A stretch of DNA of 51,887 nt from positions 81,910,916 through 81,962,802 of the forward strand of contig NC_068986.1 in assembly GCF_001194135.2 (NCBI RefSeq), given 5' to 3'. The translations under genes and the position numbers were made by a program. This DNA comes from Octopus bimaculoides (taxonomy: Eukaryota). A model generated the notes under the pieces. The model made no database searches, was not told the origin of the DNA, and saw only the letters and a program-made list of their open reading frames with translations. Positions 10,231 through 24,319 of the stretch are shown here, one piece after another (position 1 is the stretch's first letter; the number at the start of each line of letters is the position of its first letter).

Positions 10231-10989
10231 GAAGGATATGAGTTAGTGGCGATATCAAGTTAATGGAGAGAAGGTGGTTGGAGAATTAGGTGAGAAATAA
10301 GGTTCTACAGGGAAATTATAGAGATGTGGGTGGTATATGAGAATTATCAACATATGCTGTTTTGAAGCTTACGTCATAGAACGCCTTACCACCAGCATGG
10401 TTAGAAATAAATGGAACCATTAGGATAAAAAGTCGATAGTTTTGCTAATGGTAAAACCAAAGAATATGACATTAACAAGAATCTGAAAGATGAGAGGCTA
10501 AGTGATAAAGAAGAAAAAGGTGTTTTGTGGATTTAATTCTGCTGAATCTGTACAGTTATTTTGCAAGGAGGAGTTATAGTGGGAAGAGATGATAATAATG
10601 TCCATACACATAGTGTGCAGGTATGCAAGTCTATACATATATTACTCATATATATATATATANNNNNNNNNNNNNNNNNNNNNNNNNNNNNNNNNNNNNN
10701 NNNNNNNNNNNNNNNNNNNNNNNNNNNNNNNNNNNNNNNNNNNNNNNNNNNNNNNNNNNNNNNNNNNNNNNNNNNNNNNNNNNNNNNNNNNNNNNNNNNN
10801 NNNNNNNNNNNNNNNNNNNNNNNNNNNNNNNNNNNNNNNNNNNNNNNNNNNNNNNNNNNNNNNNNNNNNNNNNNNNNNNNNNNNNNNNNNNNNNNNNNNN
10901 NNNNNNNNNNNNNNNNNNNNNNNNNNNNNNNNNNNNNNNNNNNNNNNNNNNNNNNNNNNNNNNNNNNNNNNNNNNNNNNNNNNNNNNNN

Positions 10990-11020
<31 letters not shown>

Positions 11021-11515
11021 TGTGTGTGTGTGTAAAATTCTTGACTTATTATAATTATCTCTGCTTTTGAAGGATGAATTATAATTACCAAAATAGCAAT
11101 TAAGACGAGTTCCACTTGAAAAGGGGAGGTAATCTCAAGAATCAAGGATTCCTTAAAGTTGATATGCCATTAAGGAAAAGGACAGGCTACTGTTTCGGGA
11201 TAAGAGGACAGTTACGAACACACATTTCTACCTCATTATGTATCATCAGCACAACAATTGTCCAATCCTAACAATAACCAAAGGACAAAGATTTATACAA
11301 AACAGACTAGAAAACTGTTACAGCCTTTGTAATTTGTGTCCTGTGGTATGTATTTGAACAACATAGACAAATATGCGTATATCAAATATGATAGAACATA
11401 AATTCTTGGTCTCTTAAACATATCTATCTCTACTAGAGAATGTATAATAATTGCCAAAGACCAGTTCCATTTGTGAAAGGGAGATAATAATAGATTTAAC
11501 GGTACCTTTTGTAAA

Positions 11516-11564
<49 letters not shown>

Positions 11565-12449
11565 CTATATGCATAGGAACACACGCATTTACATACATAC
11601 ATACATGCATACATACATACATACATACATACATACATACATACATACATACATACATACAGGTGCTACCCTGCATCGTCAGTCACTATTGAATTCTTCG
11701 TTTTTGGTTTTATATTGATTATAGCTACCTTCGTTATTACATAATTTTCACGTTACCATTTTGCTGAATCAGCCATTGATTCATAATGGTAAATATATAT
11801 ACCGAGAGTCAGAATTTGGCTAAACCATTCAGCGATGGAGTTGTCACCACTGAAGAGATTTAATTTTCAGCGAAACTCGAATTCGTGTATAGTGATCTCG
11901 CTCGCTGTGGTGGTTAGGTCCATTGTCAGAACAGAGACATGTGCTTCTTTGCGGCTAAGAGGTTTTAAAAAATTTTTTTTATACCTATTATTTGTAGCAA
12001 ATAATGATTTCAAAAGGATAGGTAATCCTGGCGGTTACCGTTTTTCTCTTAAATCAGTTTCATACGCCGGCTAACCACCGCGAATGTTGGTGACACCCGA
12101 GTTAGCAGTAAGCTAGTGATTTCCCTCACTTGGTAAATCCGATTCTCCTAGTCAGGACTGCATAGTTTCCGTAGAGTAAGTAGTAGTATTAATAATAACC
12201 AGGAGAACGGAGATTTTCCATATCTATAATTTTATTAAACAGTTATTCACAGCATTCTTATATAAATAATTTGACTTTGGTTTTTGTTTTGGTTGTTGTA
12301 ATTTTATACATGTTAGGTTTATTATATATATATATATATATTGTTCGTTTATATATTGGGGTTTATTATGTTTTTTGTAATTTGTTTAATATTGGTTACA
12401 AATTAACATTAATGTTTTTTACCGAAAAAGTATATATATATATATATAT

Positions 12450-12800
12450 ATATAAATTAACAGAATGAGATAAAAATCGAAGGCTGTGAAAGATTTTAGA
12501 ACATTTATAAATACGTCTTACAGCTATTTTCCTGGATATTTTATATATCCCTTCATCGGAGACGGTGCGAGAAAATGGTTAAGCAATAGTTATTCTAGAG
12601 AAGATATGAAATAGAGAGTGAAGTGGAGGAATGCAGGGATATTGTATCTGCAGTTCCATTATTTAAGCAGAATGGTATACGTTTCCTGTACCTTGTGTGT
12701 AAGTTCCAACAGTATCTAAAATTGGTCATTCCAAACATAGAGTTTGTAAACCGTGTTATTAGATTGAGGGTTTTTGAAGTGACTAAAATATACGGGATTG
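12450..12800 (-). mobile_element. Probable Penelope-like element pLTR/3' fragment ending near (TA)n
   Basis: Contains a degenerate minimal type I hammerhead (12514-12564) and has an inverted second copy at 13251-13331; both are known PLE traits. Confidence 0.5.
12514..12564 (-). ncRNA. Degenerate type I hammerhead ribozyme motif
   Basis: Sense strand: CGTCT | CCGATGA | ag GGATAT-ataaa-ATATCC ag | GAAA a TAGCTG TA | AGACG. Stem I is perfect and stem III near-palindromic; the core has a U4>C change. Confidence 0.6.
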
Positions 12801-13485
12801 CATGTAACTTACATAAGTTTTGTATGCGTATGTATGTGTTGATGTGTGTAAATGTCTGTATACATGTTTAATATATGCATAGATATACATCTCCACATAT
12901 ATATATTCTTCTACTACTAAGCACTGACCTGTCCTCTAAGCAACCTAACCTATATACCTAAATTCTTCATTCCACCATTTTGCTACCCCTACCCCCTCTC
13001 TCGGCCCTTCACTTAGGCTTTATCACTACATACCACACACTCCTCTACTCTACTTTTTACCCTCTCATCTCTTTACATGCTCATATCTTTCTCTCTCTCT
13101 CTCACCCTCACCTCCCTATTCCTTCTATCAATTTATCCTGACTGACCCCTGGCCAGTACACTTTCTCTCTTCATTTCTTTATTATCTCCCCGACTTTTTT
13201 CTCTCTTCTTGTTTTTTGATTTGACCTTACAAACGCATTCCTAACTTTTAAGTCACTTCAAAAAACCCTCGATCCAATAACACGGTTTACAAACTCTATG
13301 CTTGGGGTGACCAATTTTAAATACTATCGGANNNNNNNNNNNNNNNNNNNNNNNNNNNNNNNNNNNNNNNNNNNNNNNNNNNNNNNNNNNNNNNNNNNNN
13401 NNNNNNNNNNNNNNNNNNNNNNNNNNNNNNNNNNNNNNNNNNNNNNNNNNNNNNNNNNNNNNNNNNNNNNNNNNNNNNNNNNNNN

Positions 13486-13523
<38 letters not shown>

Positions 13524-14301
13524 CATGCGCATGGTGACAATAAAGTATCCATATATACTGTGTCCTCTTGCACTGTCGTTCACACCCCTCGATATTTCAA
13601 AGCTGTCAATAATTGTAAGATGATCAGGTGTAAATGAACTACGATCGATACAACCAGATGTGATACCAATGTGTGTTGGCCTACATGCGGTTTAGTTGGG
13701 TATTGGAGTCCTTGCTTCAGGTATGACATCAAATCAAATATGTTTTATTACTATGACGTCTATAAAGACGCTATGACGTCGTTAAAGTTTACCTAAAAGC
13801 AACAACGTCAGTAATAGATAATGTATTAATCGATTACTTAAAGGATATTTGAAGGTCAATCTTGACGGTTATTCACTAAAAGAATATATGCGGGTGAAAT
13901 TTATGTTTGATTACTGTTTGGTGGACCAACTGTTTCACAATATTTAGAATAGTTTAGCCGTTAAGTTTTTGTAATGGAATATATTGACAAGATTGAGATT
14001 ATAGGAAAGTGCGGCTACATTTTTATTGCTGAACAGAACTATCAACATATACCCTGCAGTGATAAGAAGTATTTTACACTTCAAGAACATTTTAATTTTT
14101 ATAACTAATTATAGTTAAGAAAGGAAGACAACTCCGGATTATAAATTTTTTAAAAATTAATTAAAAATAGAAATATTTAATAGAATTAATTGCAGTGGTT
14201 TAAGATTGAAAGAAATTCATGTTTTTAAATTGATGGCTATTATTGGATTTATATGATTTATATTTGGTATTGTGAACTAAGATACTGCATTCTTAAATAT
14301 T

Positions 14302-14507
14302 GGTTTTAAATTTTGGCACACGACCAACAATCTCAAGGGAGAGGTAAGTCAATAACATTGACCCCAGTGTTCAATTGGTACTTTACTTTAACGATCCCCA
14401 AAGGATGAAAGACAAAGTTGACTTCGGCAGCATTGGAACTCATAACGTAAAGACGGACAGAATGTCGATAAGTATTTTGTCAACGATTCTACTAATTTGG
14501 CGCCTTA
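14302..14507 (-). mobile_element. SINE-A, diverged near-full-length copy
   Basis: ggttttaaattttggcaca tail ... aaggatgaaagacaaagttgacttcggc ... ggcgcctta head. Confidence 0.8.
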
Positions 14508-15084
14508 CTACTTTCTTAAATATTGAGAGAGAAGGCTCGAATTACTGATATGGAAGTCAGTCATCGATAACAAGTTGGAGTCAAGGTATTTATAAGTTTT
14601 CTCTTCAATTTCTTTTCCGTCCACACTGAATCCTTGTTTAATCTTAACGGCTTTCATTAAACGAAGTCAACGTAGAAATCTGGGTTTCAACCTAAACAAA
14701 CCTGAACCAAATTTTCGTATAAAATATCGAACGACAGATTTACCAATTACTATTGAAATTTTAGTATTCGGTTCATGAAAACGTTTATCAGTTTAAAATA
14801 TCAGTTTAACAGCCAGAAAGATCAAATATCAAATAAATAAATAAATAAATAAATAAATAAGTAAATAAATAAACAAAACCATGAATCAAATATTTTGCAC
14901 TGTAGCCCATGCTATGAAGCCATTCCCACGATCTGTTGCAAAGCTTCTCAGGCTGGTGAAGTTGATGTAATTCATGTTGAGTATGATCTTCAGCAGGTTC
15001 ATGCTTTAATGGAAGATCCAAAAGGTTACCGTTTTGGGAAGGAGATAGGGGAAATTGAGTGAGAAACTATGAATGAGGAAAGGA

Positions 15085-15262
15085 AAGCTGGATATATGGA
15101 ATGGTAAAGCATCGAGTGTAAGAAGTATTACAGAGCCAAGTGTAAGAGGAAGTAGAAAGCTGAATGAAAGGTAAGGTACATAACTGAATGTGTGGAGTAG
15201 TACGTAACTGACTGTAAGGAATGGTACATATTTGAGTGAAAAAGGTGGTACATAGTTTTCTA
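15085..15262. repeat. Degenerate ~24-bp minisatellite, about 7-8 units
   Basis: The minus-strand frame shows 8-residue periodicity (LCTTFFTQ/ICTIPYSQ/LRTTPHIQ/LCTLPFIQ). Confidence 0.6.
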
Positions 15263-15315
15263 TTTAAGAGGAACAAGGGACTGATGTAGCTGTAGAACAG
15301 ATAGAAGATAGAATA

Positions 15316-15381
<66 letters not shown>

Positions 15382-16819
15382 ATGGGTTGTGGCATGATTG
15401 TGTGAGAAAATTTACAAAACCAGACTCATAGTCTGATGTTTTATTTGGATGGCGTCCACATTGTAAATATAATAACTAAAACTGCTCCGCTCCAAACATG
15501 TTATAAGTGCTCTCACACTGAAACCAATGAGGTATAGGGTTGATAACTGTTCAGAGTTGAAATAGAGGCTGCCCTATGTGGGCTTCGATAAAAATGATTA
15601 GACAGCTTGGACTCTATAAATACAACGTGCAGCCTCGCCTTTGAGATACAGATGCTATAAAGTTGTTGAGGTGCAATAATAGGAAACATGCATAAACATG
15701 CTAATATTAATCTAAAATAATTTCATGGGGTTGTATATTGATTGGAAAGTATGCATGAGTGGTGCAGTGTGTGTCACGCATGGTTGCACATAATCTAAAG
15801 TAATGGTATTGCTATAAAGGAACTACATCGCTAGAGACTCCAAATGTAGTTTTATCATCCTCAAATGGTATTCATATTGAATGAACAGATTCTATACAGT
15901 TTGATGGGTACCAGGTGAGATTAACAGAACCTTCATTTCATACAAACCAATATAACTAAAAGATGAATCAGGCGAGAAAATTATTTAAATATTCCAATGA
16001 AATTGCTAAGTTTGCCTTTTCTAAAAGCTAGCAAATAAATATTTCATCCTACAAAAAAGGAAAAGATAATAACGAAAGCGTGTGTGCTTGTGTGTGTGCG
16101 CACGCGTATATATATATGTGTATGTGTGTGCGTGCTCTTATCCTGATATTCTGTCACACGCACATATATAGACGCATGTGTGTGTTTATTTTTGTACTTA
16201 CAGTGTGTATGTATGCGTGTATGTATGTGTGTATATATATATGTGCATATATACTCATATACCTACAAATACACACACACACACATATATGTATGTATTT
16301 ATTGGTGTCTGAGTATATATACATTATATACTCATCCATGAATACATACATATGCATTCATGCATGCATACATAGATACATACATGCATACACACATATA
16401 TACATAACACACATATACTCATACATACATATATACATATATATATATCTATATATCTATATTCATATCGATACATACATACAACATGCATACACACGCA
16501 CACATGTATATTACTTGATAGAGAATAGACTGAAATTTAATTTGGATAGAAACATCGATGTTGAGGAATTGCGTGTGACAGAGGTGACATAACAATTTAT
16601 GAAGTTGTTATGCTTCAACTACATTGTCATAACATTTCTGATTTGTAATCAATCAAACACACTTTGTCATTTGCTGCCTGAATTAAGTTATCGATTAAAA
16701 TCTCTAAGCTGGAATGGTTGCCTCATTTGTGGATCTTGTCGTCGAAAATAGGAAAAATGTATCGTCGATGGTAGTAGAGACTATCCACGTTCTTTATTCC
16801 TCGAAGCTGTCAAAGCAAA

Positions 16820-17253
16820 TTTTTTTTTCATACATCATTGTGCATCATCTTCTGGTGTACTTGGACGGTGATGTTTTCTAGGGTCATTCGGTGTTTTGAG
16901 TCTTCCAACATCAGATACTATCACTCGTAGGACCCAGCCAGGTTTGATCCAAACTCTAGCTTGTATTCAGTTAGCACTTCTTCCAGGTTTGCATCATCTG
17001 ATCCTCAACAACTTTGAGGCAACCTCTGTTATTTCCACAGTCATCCTGATGGCTCTCTGCCTACTGGTTTCTTTGATGCTAAGCATGTTGTAAGCTCTGA
17101 AAAAAGACCTGCCTGAAAATACTCTGCATTTCACCTCAGATGGACCACATCTTACCTGCTACCCATTGCTTTGGCATAGTTTTACCAGCTCAGTATATTT
17201 ATTTCTCTTATTTCCTCGATGCGGTCAGCTCATGGAAGGGAGAGTTCTATCAA
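16820..17253 (-). mobile_element. HERO-like (RLE-type) non-LTR retrotransposon 3' fragment
   Basis: Translation LIEL ... KRNKYTELVKLCQSNG*QVRCGPSEVKCRVFSGRSFFRAYNML matches the restriction-like endonuclease C-terminus (ELTVPWE ... RKxxKY ... GW ... EVGCRGF). Followed by a 3' UTR and an A8 tail. Confidence 0.75.
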
Positions 17254-17445
17254 AACTATTTACTTAGATGCTTCTAATGGTTACTAACTATACAAAAAAG
17301 AAACTGTAAGAAATAAATTTATATTTAAGTGAGTTAAAATTCGGGATGTGAAGAAACTATTAGTGAATTGTATTGTTCATAAGACAGAGTTCAATAAATT
17401 CAATTACCGCGAAATGTTACTTGCAAACAAAACGCTTTATTATTT

Positions 17446-17493
17446 CTGTTATTTTCTGAAGAAGGCCAAGGCCTGAAACGTTATATTCAACAG
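17446..17493 (+). ncRNA. Minimal type I hammerhead ribozyme motif (Penelope-like type), weak stem I
   Basis: CTGAAGA | AGGC-caag-GCCT | GAAA CGT T, with a palindromic ACGT stem III; the distal stem I CTGTT/AACAG pairs but the proximal part is mismatched. Confidence 0.55.
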
Positions 17494-18471
17494 CTGTCAC
17501 ACAAATAGAACTTATCAATATCTCCAATGAATACTCCCACGTATATAAGTGTATATATTTAGCACTCGGCACATAGAAACGGTTGAATGTATTTTAGTTT
17601 ATAAAACTGAATGTGTGTATATTCAAAGTAGTAGGTCACAGCCTTGCACCTACAACGAGGCGGTTATAGGCTTCATGATTTCTCCTACATTGTCTACAAA
17701 CCCCGGTAAGTTAGAGTACTGCTGAATTGGGTGATTTATAACCAATATGAGGGATTAAATATAACAGCAAATGAAGTAATAATTATATTAATACGGTTAA
17801 CTCGTACCGAAACCATTCTGTCTCTCCTTGCTATTTCTCACTCTCATCACTCGCATACTCCGATCCCATCCTCAGAGCACTTCTCTCTTTCACAAATCTC
17901 CACAGAACGTGTCCCTTTGGAAATTCTCTACCTACCCGTAACCTCATAAATTACCCCACCGATCTCCAGATGTTCAACCTCACTAACCTGAAAGATCTCA
18001 CAAGAGTTATAGAGCTACTGATTCTCCACCTTAAACCAACCAATAAATAAACACGACTGTAGCCATATGTCAGAGACAGAGCCACTGGAGATTGTGATGG
18101 TTGAAACATTAAAAACCAAATATGGAAGAAAATAGACATCAAAACAAATGTGTTTTCTCCCCATGCTCTCTATCAATTTCATATAACGTTAAAATACTCC
18201 ATGTTTCTCCTTCTTTAGAATCAATGACCCAGCCAACCTAGAAATTTAATTTATATTCTCAGACAGCTTTGAAGGAATCAGAGTTTCAAAGAAAAATGAA
18301 AAATAGCCGGAATTAGATGAGAAAAAACCTTTGGCTTCAAAACTATACATTTTCAAATTTTGTTTTAATCTTTTTGTATTATAATTTCCTTCCCATTTTA
18401 TTAAACTAAAATAATAGTTTTCAGCAATATTTCACTTTGTAAAATGGATATACTCTTCCAGTTGAATATTT

Positions 18472-18524
<53 letters not shown>

Positions 18525-19015
18525 NNNNNNNNNNNNNNNNNNNNNNNNNNNNNNNNNNNNNNNNNNNNNNNNNNNNNNNNNNNNNNNNNNNNNNNNNNNN
18601 NNNNNNNNNNNNNNNNNNNNNNNNNNNNNNNNNNNNNNNNNNNNNNNNNNNNNNNNNNNNNNNNNNNNNNNNNNNNNNNNNNNNNNNNNNNNNNNNNNNN
18701 NNNNNNNNNNNNNNNNNNNNNNNNNNNNNNNNNNNNNNNNNNNNNNNNNNNNNNNNNNNNNNNNNNNNNNNNNNNNNNNNNNNNNNNNNNNNNNNNNNNN
18801 NNNNNNNNNNNNNNNNNNNNNNNNNNNNNNNNNNNNNNNNNNNNNNNNNNNNNNNNNNNNNNNNNNNNNNNNNNNNNNNNNNNNNNNNNNNNNNNNNNNN
18901 NNNNNNNNNNNNNNNNNNNNNNNNNNNNNNNNNNNNNNNNNNNNNNNNNNNNNNNNNNNNNNNNNNNNNNNNNNNNNNNNNNNNNNNNNNNNNNNNNNNN
19001 CATCAATTGCCAATC

Positions 19016-19092
<77 letters not shown>

Positions 19093-20723
19093 CAACAATA
19101 ATAATAATAATCTTTTTTCTGTTCTTAGTTTGCTTCTGCTTCTATGCCATTTTTCTTAGAGATAATCAGATTAATCTTTAAACGTTGCTTTCCATTTGTA
19201 GATTTATTCCATATTTCAAACATATTCTGTGTTGAACTTTGAACACTTTTTCTTTACACACAAGAATGATTCATCAAATATGATATCTGATTTATTTGTT
19301 TGTTTGTTTGTTTTGATGTTGCTTTATTTTTTCCTTTCTCTCTCTGTTACTAAATCTTCCTCGGTTTTCACTCTCCTACGTCACCTCTTCTCAAATACTA
19401 CGCTTTGCATATTTTTCATTTCATAAATTGCTTTCTACAGTTCTATTCCCTCCTCCTTCACTCACCCTTTTTTCCTTCCTTTCACCCCTATCCTGTCCCC
19501 TTCTTCAAGGTTTTTCTTTACTGATGTATGTGATACTTCAGCCCAAACTGTTGGTGCTAAACCATCTATGAGGCACAAATGTGCTCACACGCACCAGATT
19601 ACTCCGCTTGCCCACCACCATCGAAATATTTCTCCATTCCTTTATCGGAATCGTGACTTTCAGGGTTTCGATACCAGTTATGTCTCTTCAATTCCAACGA
19701 TTAATCTTTGAGTTTCTAATCTGATACTTAACCATAGAGTCAAGGTTACCCTAACCCCTAGCTGTCTAGGGTTAGCTCAGAGTTATTGCATCGGACACAA
19801 AAAAAGTAAAGCAACAAGCAGATATTTACATTACGTACGTATGTATGTATGTATGTATGTATGTATGTACACACTCATCCCCCCCCCCNNNNNNNNNNNN
19901 NNNNNNNNNNNNNNNNNNNNNNNNNNNNNNNNNNNNNNNNNNNNNNNNNNNNNNNNNNNNNNNNNNNNNNNNNNNNNNNNNNNNNNNNNNNNNNNNNNNN
20001 NNNNNNNNNNNNNNNNNNNNNNNNNNNNNNNNNNNNNNNNNNNNNNNNNNNNNNNNNNNNNNNNNNNNNNNNNNNNNNNNNNNNNNNNNNNNNNNNNNNN
20101 NNNNNNNNNNNNNNNNNNNNNNNNNNNNNNNNNNNNNNNNNNNNNNNNNNNNNNNNNNNNNNNNNNNNNNNNNNNNNNNNNNNNNNNNNNNNNNNNNNNN
20201 NNNNNNNNNNNNNNNNNNNNNNNNNNNNNNNNNNNNNNNNNNNNNNNNNNNNNNNNNNNNNNNNNNNNNNNNNNNNNNNNNNNNNNNNNNNNNNNNNNNN
20301 NNNNNNNNNNNNNNNNNNNNNNNNNNNNNNNNNNNNNNNNNNNNNNNNNNNNNNNNNNNNNNNNNNNNNNNNNNNNNNNNNNNNNNNNNNNNNNNNNNNN
20401 NNNNNNNNNNNNNNNNNNNNNNNNNNNNNNNNNNNNNNNNNNNNNNNNNNNNNNNNNNNNNNNNNNNNNNNNNNNNNNNNNNNNNNNNNNNNNNNNNNNN
20501 NNNNNNNNNNNNNNNNNNNNNNNNNNNNNNNNNNNNNNNNNNNNNNNNNNNNNNNNNNNNNNNNNNNNNNNNNNNNNNNNNNNNNNNNNNNNNNNNNNNN
20601 NNNNNNNNNNNNNNNNNNNNNNNNNNNNNNNNNNNNNNNNNNNNNNNNNNNNNNNNNNNNNNNNNNNNNNNNNNNNNNNNNNNNNNNNNNNNNNNNNNNN
20701 NNNNNNNNNNNNNNNNNNNNNNN

Positions 20724-20787
<64 letters not shown>

Positions 20788-21423
20788 GCCGTGAAATGTA
20801 GAAATCAGTGATAAAAATACTTTTAGCTAATACCGTGTAATGCACGCTGTGGCCATGATGCCTCTTCCCTCGCCACATAAGCTAAATTAATTAAAATTAC
20901 TGTGGTCGATGTAATCGTCTGAAAGTCTTAAACCGATGCCCTAGCATGGCCGCAGTTAATTATTGAAACAGTGAAAGGAGGGTGGACAAAACAAGCGAAG
21001 CGTGACTAACACGAAAAAATACATGTTGGAGTGTGAATGAACGCGGTAATTATAGCTGAATAAGAAAATGTATTTTATTGCAAGATAACAAGGCAAATTA
21101 GCATAATTAATGAAGACATTGATATTGGAGTTCCAGTTGGTGTTGTTGCTTTTGTTGTAATAAACCTGGAGGGACATCTAGAAAGAGACACATGAACCTA
21201 AAATTCTATTTATCGATTACAGAACAATAATTGATCAATAGAATTAGAAAAAAATATTTTGAAATTTCCTCGGTAAGTTTACGGAAACATTCAGGAGAAA
21301 AACAGTAGCAGCTTAATTGCAAATAATATTGGTTTCTAATTAATTAGATTATGGGGTGGAGATGGGGACGGGGATGGACGGAGCTGGTGCTCATTACGTT
21401 TATAAACATTTCAAGATTGATGG

Positions 21424-21479
21424 TGCTGCTGCTGTTGTTGTTGTTGCTGTTGATGATGATGATGATGATGATGATGATA

Positions 21480-21551
<72 letters not shown>

Positions 21552-21576
21552 GTGAGGAGGAGGAGGAGGAGGAGGA
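21424..21576. repeat. Compound (GCT/GTT)-(GAT)n-(GAG)n microsatellite
   Basis: Read directly; it is the source of the poly-M/D/E ORFs in the track. Confidence 0.95.
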
Positions 21577-21639
21577 TGGTCTGCTAGAGCTTTTGCAGGT
21601 TGACGATGTCTGCAGAAAGAGGTGTGGAAAATGAGGGAA

Positions 21640-22430
21640 TTTCAAGGTTGCAACACATGAGAGAGAGAAGGGGGAGAAAGAGGGATAGAGAGAATAATTG
21701 AGCAAGGTGTGTAAGGGTGAAACGGTCTGGGGTGGTGAGATTTAGTAGATCGTTGTGAAGAACGGCAGGTACATGAAGAGGATCGAAGGGGAGAAGATAT
21801 GCAGTTTACTGATGGAGAGAAACAAATAGAATATGTTGTAGTTGTAGTAGAAAGAATAGAAGAGACAGAACTTCTATAATGTAGAATTTGTAATGTGTTG
21901 GTGTATGACTGAATGAATTGTTTCACTGGCATGGTTTACCGCTTGATGTACTCTGGGCTGTCTTTGCAGCAGCAACAGAAGTTTTGTTTCATATGTGAGC
22001 AGAATAGTCAAGTATCGGTTTTACTTTGGATTTGCTGAGCTTCAGTATTTCCTAACTGTGGAGGGAATATCCAGATTATAGGATGAAAATTTGTACTGTG
22101 GGTCACCATGAAAGATCATCGTAGACTGGGCGGTGGGGGGGGGGGGGTTAATATTTCTAGCAGCATGAGAGGTTTAACTAGCCTGAATAAGTTATATGGG
22201 ATGCTGTCTTCTTGATATCTATATAATTAATGCCAATGACTGTTCAAAGAAACTTGTTTCAGGGACATATTCGAGGAGTAATTCACGGAGCAGTATAAGT
22301 CTTGTGCGAGGTGCTTAAGTGTGAATGACGCCTGTCAGGGAGAAGTTAAGACTGATATCTGAATAGGAATGTGTTTTCTTAAAAGTGACATCAAGTAGCT
22401 CATTAACATACTGAGGAAAAAATATGACTG
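21640..22430 (-). mobile_element. Highly decayed Penelope-like RT thumb region
   Basis: Frameshifted pieces HSYSDISLNFSLTG, DLYCSVNYSSN and EDSIPYNLFRL resemble the PLE pattern FLDI ... YLxYxSxHP ... KxSIPYSQxxRL. The left boundary is approximate. Confidence 0.5.
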
Positions 22431-23800
22431 GAATAATTAGAATTTAAAGGTGTCTGTTATGGGTTGCTGATGTAGAGAAACGATTTTAAGAAATAATGTG
22501 TTGAGCATTTTTAGAGAGTTTGTGGAAAGATGTGGGTTCAATAGAAAGAGAGGAACAGCAAGAATAAGTAAAATATATTAAAGAATAATAATATATTGTG
22601 TAAATGGCGGGAGAAACACACACAGAGACCCCCACACACAGACACCCACAGAGACAGACAGACAGACAGACATACAGACACACTAAGTAATATACAAATA
22701 GGAGCGCTTCTGTCTATGCGAATCTTGATATTTACATAAACTTACATCTCTAAACCATTTACTTCTGATGATGGACCTTTGTACCTGTAATATATGAAGG
22801 TGACTCCAGGTTTCCTTTCCGCGTTGTAAGAAGTTCTTCGTTATTTTTTTTTTGTATTTTACTTTTGTATCACAATTCTTCAAGCAAGCTACAACACTCT
22901 TCTAATTAATATACATTAGTCAAAAATTGCTGTACTATTTGTTGCGTGGCAGATATATAGTGTGTCCTGAATAAAAACACGAAAGGAACATGTTTTTCGT
23001 TTTATTGCGAGTATGTTCATTAGGACCGTATGTTCATTATTTGTTAGTAATATAAATGAAAACTGGATCTTTGGATTTCCTAGCAAAACATCCCTGTTTA
23101 TTGTCAAAGTTCCTTAATTACAGTTAGAGATGTCGCTGCCAAGTAAGCCACACGTATAGTAACGGGGTCTTTTGTCAAGTACCACCAGTTTGATTAACCT
23201 CATCCCCACTCCCTTAATGGGATACTTTTGGATAACCATGTGGGAAAGTGAACTCTCTCATCCACTATTTCTCGGCCTCGAAGAACATGCTTACAAATTT
23301 ACTGGATTGGGAGCACTTCTCTCCCCACCCTCACTTTCCTTTCCACATAGAACTTCAAAAAACAATCGATGAGGATTTGACTGAAAATACAAGCATACTT
23401 ATCCTTGTGTGCTTGACAATCTGGATCTCTTCTAGATAGATGGATGATTGGCGATTGATTATAGTAATCGTAGTTGTGATAACGGGAAAATACCTCTTTC
23501 TCCGTTTGCTTCTGTCGAATACCCCAATACCACGATGAAAAAAAAAAAAAAAGAAAAAAGAACCGGATGCCTTGGATTCGAGAAGTAACAAATACCAACC
23601 CAGAAGACCTACAGCAAAGAGGGGCAAACAGTTCCCTAGAATACAGGTTGGGTTAGTAACACATTGGTACAAACATTTCAACGAAAACGATCCCTTAAAA
23701 GAGTCAAATAAATAAACTTGGGATCAATCTAAAGGCGTCATTCCAATACATAAGCAAAATATAATAAGGATAATGATCATAACAGCACTTCAAACAAGGG

Positions 23801-24196
23801 GTACAATCATGTACCCGAAAAGGTTCTAAATAAAACCTAAAAACTGTACGGGGTATTTGATATCCAGACAGAACGATTGAACACTGTAGCCTAGATATCA
23901 TTATACTTTATATAAAAAGAGAATATCTCATAATAGACGTTGCAATTTCTTAAGACAAAAGCATTACAGACAAAGAAGTGGAAAAGATCTTGAAAAACGC
24001 TGATTTAAAAATAAAAATATCCTGAATGTGGGACTACTTTACAGCAAAAGTGAAACTTGTGCCAGTTATCATTGGAGTATTATTAGGTTCAATTCCCCAA
24101 AATTAAAGTATGATATCGGAATAGTTGGACATCAAGGCAGAGGCGTGAGTACTCCGAAAATCTAGCATCGTATTCTCAGAAAGGTACTTTCTCTCA
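23801..24196 (+). mobile_element. R4/Dong-like non-LTR retrotransposon RLE endonuclease relic
   Basis: YNHVPEKVL ... FDIQT(D)RTIEHCSLDII ... YLIIDVAIS*DKSITDKEVEKILKNADLKIKIS*MW ... KVKLVPVIIG ... ILRKVL, matching the R4 RPD ... IDVAxP ... ExEKxxKY motif. Confidence 0.8.
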
Positions 24197-24319
24197 GAAA
24201 CTTTTTGTGAAGACTCGGTAGTAAGCATGAAGAAAAACCAACAAAAACTAGTATTTTATATCTATTCTGCGCAATGACATAATAATAACAATAGTGGCTT
24301 TAATGAGTATAATGATTTA

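Noticed and set aside
11181-11249. Third hammerhead-like motif on the minus strand (CTGATGA ... GAAA CAG-tagc-CTG TC)
   Set aside because: Stem I does not pair and the base of stem II is mismatched; at best a relic.
14806-15060. GC-richer stretch with open frames on both strands
   Set aside because: No recognisable protein and no consistent acceptor/donor pair.
19749-19776. Telomere-like ccctaa/tagggtta hairpin
   Set aside because: Single short occurrence; not an array.
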